DNA of 45,193 nucleotides from a virus: IMG/VR virus record IMGVR_UViG_3300045988_155187; one strand, 5' to 3'. Shown piece by piece: positions 42,191 to 45,193 of this stretch (position 1 is its first letter; each line of letters starts with the position of its first letter). The notes under the pieces were generated by a model. It saw only the letters and a program-made list of their open reading frames with translations, ran no database searches and was not told where the DNA came from. The position numbers and the translations under genes were made by a program.

Positions 42191-43530
42191 TAAATTCCCC
42201 CTTTCAAATCAGTGTTTAATTTATTTTTATTAATTAAAATTGTGTTAACAAAATATCTTATTGCATCCATACAGTGATCATTTTCTTTTATCGGTGCATC
42301 AATTCCTCTGCTAGTTGCTTTTGAATCCCATACATAAATAGAGAACTCTTTTAACGCCATTTTGCATGTATCAAGGAAACCAATTCTTCCTAGATTAAGC
42401 ATTGTTCCGACTGAACGAATACCATTTGAGACATCATTTCTAGCACGTTTGACGCTCAATCCTCTGCTTTTCAACTCAGTTATAAACGATGCTGCACTTG
42501 GATCGACTATAATATATTCAATATTCAAGCTACCAATAAATTCAATTAAATCATCAGCGTACTGGCTATCAGTTTTTTGTTTTCTTTCTTCACGACCAGA
42601 ATAATAATATTCTTTTGTTGCATACCACGTTTCATTAACCCCTTTTTCCCAAAGTAAAAAGACCATGGGATTCTGGGTTCCATAGTCACAACTAATATAT
42701 TTTTTTTCGTTTTCATCAATTTTAGGACGTTTATTGACAATATGCTTATCTCTATTAAACATGTCATAAATAACACCTTCAGCAACAGCCCATAAACCAC
42801 GGATATATCTATCATAAAAAACTCCATTATACGCTGAAGCGTATCTTCTTTTGACTTCTTTATCTAAAGACAAATTGTCGTCCATTGTAAAATGAACATA
42901 CAATATATTTTTTACAGTTTCTTTTTTACGTTCTAATTCTTTTATTTGTTCTGCATTTAAATAACCAATTGATTTGTCTATCCAATTAACTTTAAACCAG
43001 TGAAACGGACCTTGCGGGTTACAGTTAAACCACCATTTAGATCCTTTAACACTACAACGTGCAGTTGCTTGATTAACAAAGCTTTCGGGCATTAATGCAA
43101 CTTCATCAAAAAACATTCCTGCCAATGTGATACCTTGAATTAAATCTTGTGATCGTTCATCCTTACCACCAAAAATGTAAAAATAGTTTTCGATATTCTT
43201 CTTTCTAACGATAACAAGATTATCGGCACGGTGATCATTTACTTTGTATCCTCTAGCTTTAAGCATAAGTTTAAGCCAAAATAAAACATTACGTCTAAAA
43301 GATCCTATTGTTTTACCTGCCATTCCAAAGTTTTGACCACTAAAAGTAGTCATTGCCCATAAAACATATGACAAGGACATTACAATGGTTTTTCCTGAAC
43401 GGATAGCACCATCTGCAATAATTCCATCATTATCTTTTACCGGACTATCCTTAGTCCACCAGTTTAAAATCATACGTTGCTTTTTACTAAATGGTTTAAA
43501 TTTAAAAATGACCTGCTTTATTTTAGCCAT
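42190..43530 (-). CDS. terL: Terminase large subunit (PBSX/SPP1-like, headful type)
   Basis: Start at MAKIKQV (ATG 43530). Walker A GAIRSGKT. C-terminal nuclease region ..DHCMDAIRY. Confidence 0.9.
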   Translation of the reverse strand: MAKIKQVIFKFKPFSKKQRMILNWWTKDSPVKDNDGIIADGAIRSGKTIVMSLSYVLWAMTTFSGQNFGMAGKTIGSFRRNVLFWLKLMLKARGYKVNDHRADNLVIVRKKNIENYFYIFGGKDERSQDLIQGITLAGMFFDEVALMPESFVNQATARCSVKGSKWWFNCNPQGPFHWFKVNWIDKSIGYLNAEQIKELERKKETVKNILYVHFTMDDNLSLDKEVKRRYASAYNGVFYDRYIRGLWAVAEGVIYDMFNRDKHIVNKRPKIDENEKKYISCDYGTQNPMVFLLWEKGVNETWYATKEYYYSGREERKQKTDSQYADDLIEFIGSLNIEYIIVDPSAASFITELKSRGLSVKRARNDVSNGIRSVGTMLNLGRIGFLDTCKMALKEFSIYVWDSKATSRGIDAPIKENDHCMDAIRYFVNTILINKNKLNTDLKGGI

Positions 43531-44014
43531 CTTGTTGACCCTCGTTCCAATCAGAAATTGCAGTACCCGATAAAGCTTCGATAAATCCATCATCCTCGTA
43601 TTCTTCTACATCATCTACTGGTGACCTAGCCTTATCTAATTCTAAACGTTCTTTAGCAATAGCTACTTTTTCCTTCTCTAGTTTAAGTCTTTGTCGCTCT
43701 AACTCTGTTGTTGCAGTAGCGCCGGTAATTTCTTTAATAAAGTGCATTGCCTTAACATCACCGCTAACTGCTTTCTGAAAAGCAACAGTAAGCATCAACA
43801 TTTGATTATCAGCGTCTTCTATATCTACCCCTAGCTGGTTTAATTTCGACATGTTTTCCGGTAAAACTGGCAAAGATAAAAGCAGGTCCATTGCCTGCTT
43901 CATTTTTTTCTTTCTTCTACGTGTTTTTACGCTTGCTTTTCCTCCTCTTGAACCAGCTTCTCTAGCTGTTTCTTTTGTAAAAGGGACTAGGTTTTTTTTG
44001 CTTGTTTCATTCAT
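43523..44014 (-). CDS. terS: Terminase small subunit
   Basis: ORF track. ..AREAGSRGGKASVKTRRRKK.. then an oligomerisation coiled coil. 8-nt overlap with terL. Confidence 0.75.
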   Translation of the reverse strand: MNETSKKNLVPFTKETAREAGSRGGKASVKTRRRKKKMKQAMDLLLSLPVLPENMSKLNQLGVDIEDADNQMLMLTVAFQKAVSGDVKAMHFIKEITGATATTELERQRLKLEKEKVAIAKERLELDKARSPVDDVEEYEDDGFIEALSGTAISDWNEGQQDG

Positions 44015-44064
44015 ATTTCATAATAAATTAGCAAGCGGTGATACAATATAATAACCATATTATC

Positions 44065-44529
44065 TTAAGCCTCGTTTACATATTTTAATAGTTTTTTACA
44101 TAGAGGAATTCCTATCAAAAACAGTAGCATACCGCTTATACCAACACTTAAAAAAGAATATAAAAAGGGAACATTTAAAACATATAATAGCTCTAGCCCT
44201 ACAAAAGTTCCGCTTAATAAAGCATAAATAATACTGTTTAAGTAAATATTCTTTACAACTTTAGCAAATACATAGAACTGTAGTATTTGAATGCAAGCAC
44301 CTGTTATAATATCGATTATTCCTAATGAACTTGACAAGTTAGCAACTATCACGCCAAGAATAAGACCTTTGGCCAATCTTTTATCTAATATGCCAAAAGG
44401 AAGCAGCAAGGTAGCTACTCTAAATTGAAGCGGTCCAAAGCTGACTGCGTTTAATGTATAACATAAAGTTACATATGCTGCACATATAATACTATTTAAA
44501 GCTATTCCCCTTATTTTTTTATTTTTCAT
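44065..44529 (-). CDS. queT: QueT-family queuosine-precursor transporter (ECF S-component-like)
   Basis: ORF track. Polytopic membrane protein. ..AAYVTLCYTLNAVSFGPLQFRVATLLLPF.. matches the remembered QueT consensus (..FGPIQFR..E.L..L). Confidence 0.7.
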   Translation of the reverse strand: MKNKKIRGIALNSIICAAYVTLCYTLNAVSFGPLQFRVATLLLPFGILDKRLAKGLILGVIVANLSSSLGIIDIITGACIQILQFYVFAKVVKNIYLNSIIYALLSGTFVGLELLYVLNVPFLYSFLSVGISGMLLFLIGIPLCKKLLKYVNEA

Positions 44530-45193
44530 AAAGTCCTCCTTTTATTTTTTGGAAAGTACACCATATTTCCATATTGTGATCATCTATTATTTTTAAATCT
44601 TTAATTCTTTTGCCACTTCTTTTTAGTTTTTTTGAATATATACATCCATTTTTTAAATAATACGAAGTACCAAATCTACTCCCACTACAAACCGAACTAC
44701 TATCAACAGTATCGAATTTAACAGTTGGATTATTTAGATTTTTTAACCTTGTATATCCCAAACCGTGAATTTTAGCTCCACAACTATGTGCTATGCTAAT
44801 CATTTGGTTTAAAATCTTCTCATTTTTAACCCATTTACATTCTTGAGTTAATCCACTAGCACCAATTGCAACATAGTTATAGTCTTTACACATCTCTCTC
44901 CACCTTTTTAAACCTAAACATTTATGAAAAACTGGTATGCTTTTTTTATTTGTTCTTGCTTCTAAATAAGCTGTCATTTTATATGTTTCTTCAATCCCGA
45001 TAATTGTATAAAGATCCAGCTCAAAGAAATATTTGATATCATATTTATTAATAAAATCAATATAACTGTCTAAATATGATTTTATATCTTCGTTTTTATT
45101 GGAATTCATAAAAGTAAATGCTCCACTGTCCAACAAAAACATTTTGCAATCTTCACTTAGATAGTATTTCATTAATTCTTCTTTTCTAGAAAA
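44519..45193 (-). CDS. dpdA: DpdA-like (tRNA-guanine-transglycosylase superfamily) DNA transglycosylase; 3' 225 codons, with the 5' end at 160..56
   Basis: FLLDSGAFTF (compare TGT DSGGFQ, the catalytic Asp) and KFDTVDSSS (compare TGT ..D.FD.., the second Asp). Full ORF is 259 aa across the junction. Overlaps queT by 11 nt. Confidence 0.6.
   Translation of the reverse strand, partial: FSRKEELMKYYLSEDCKMFLLDSGAFTFMNSNKNEDIKSYLDSYIDFINKYDIKYFFELDLYTIIGIEETYKMTAYLEARTNKKSIPVFHKCLGLKRWREMCKDYNYVAIGASGLTQECKWVKNEKILNQMISIAHSCGAKIHGLGYTRLKNLNNPTVKFDTVDSSSVCSGSRFGTSYYLKNGCIYSKKLKRSGKRIKDLKIIDDHNMEIWCTFQKIKGGLYEK
45139..45193. repeat. Terminal 55-bp copy identical to 1..55
   Basis: Direct comparison of the two ends. 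Confidence 0.95.

Larger units (their letters stand above)
1..45193. mobile_element. Complete circularly assembled temperate siphovirus-type phage genome (unique length 45,138 bp)
   Basis: Every recognisable ORF is phage-like: terminase, portal, capsid, tail, lysis, integrase, repressor, recombination. The two ends are identical 55-mers. No flanking host genes. Confidence 0.9.

Overview
The window is a complete temperate phage genome from a low-GC Gram-positive (Bacillota-type) host. It has a long non-contractile tail, AGGAGG-type RBSs and an AT-rich sequence. It was assembled as a circle: bases 1-55 are identical to 45139-45193, so the unique length is 45,138 bp, and the linearisation point cuts through one gene. 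Almost all genes are on the minus strand. Reading the minus strand from 45193 down: (1) a ParB-like / DpdA-like / QueT trio next to terS; (2) packaging and head genes: terS, terL, SPP1-type portal, a gp7-like minor capsid protein fused to an ADP-ribosyltransferase domain, a terminator-flanked 3-gene cassette ending in a Prp-like cysteine protease, scaffold and major capsid; (3) connector and tail genes: major tail protein, G/GT chaperones with a -1 frameshift, a 994-aa tape measure, Dit, Tal, two fibre-like proteins and three small paralogous fibre-tip-like genes; (4) lysis genes: holin and a CHAP+2xSH3 endolysin; (5) the plus-strand lysogeny module, running in increasing coordinates from the switch: cI-like XRE repressor, ImmA/IrrE protease, a DUF4041+T5orf172 (GIY-YIG-like) protein, a lipoprotein, a small acidic protein, a large serine integrase, then a candidate attP and a promoter-bearing moron; (6) the Cro-like gene and early genes: KilAC antirepressor, YqaJ exonuclease, a DUF1351-like protein, RecT, a replisome organiser with embedded iterons, dimeric dUTPase, SSB, RusA, a PcfK/PcfJ-like pair and many small Cys-rich ORFs; (7) a possible late activator, a repeat-rich region and tRNA-Ser(GCU). 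The items most worth follow-up are: the ParB-like/DpdA-like/QueT module, which predicts 7-deazaguanine DNA modification by salvage with no biosynthesis genes; the lysogeny-expressed DUF4041-T5orf172 gene and lipoprotein as candidate defence or exclusion genes; the fibre-tip paralog cassette with a flanking inverted repeat, a gene remnant and an 11-nt poly-C/G tract inside a coupled leader ORF; the phage Prp protease together with L27-like leaders on scaffold, capsid and, unusually, the major tail protein; an in-frame TGA splitting a membrane-anchor ORF from a 3D-domain ORF; and the capsid-borne ADP-ribosyltransferase. All functional calls rest on motif recognition by eye. No database search was run.
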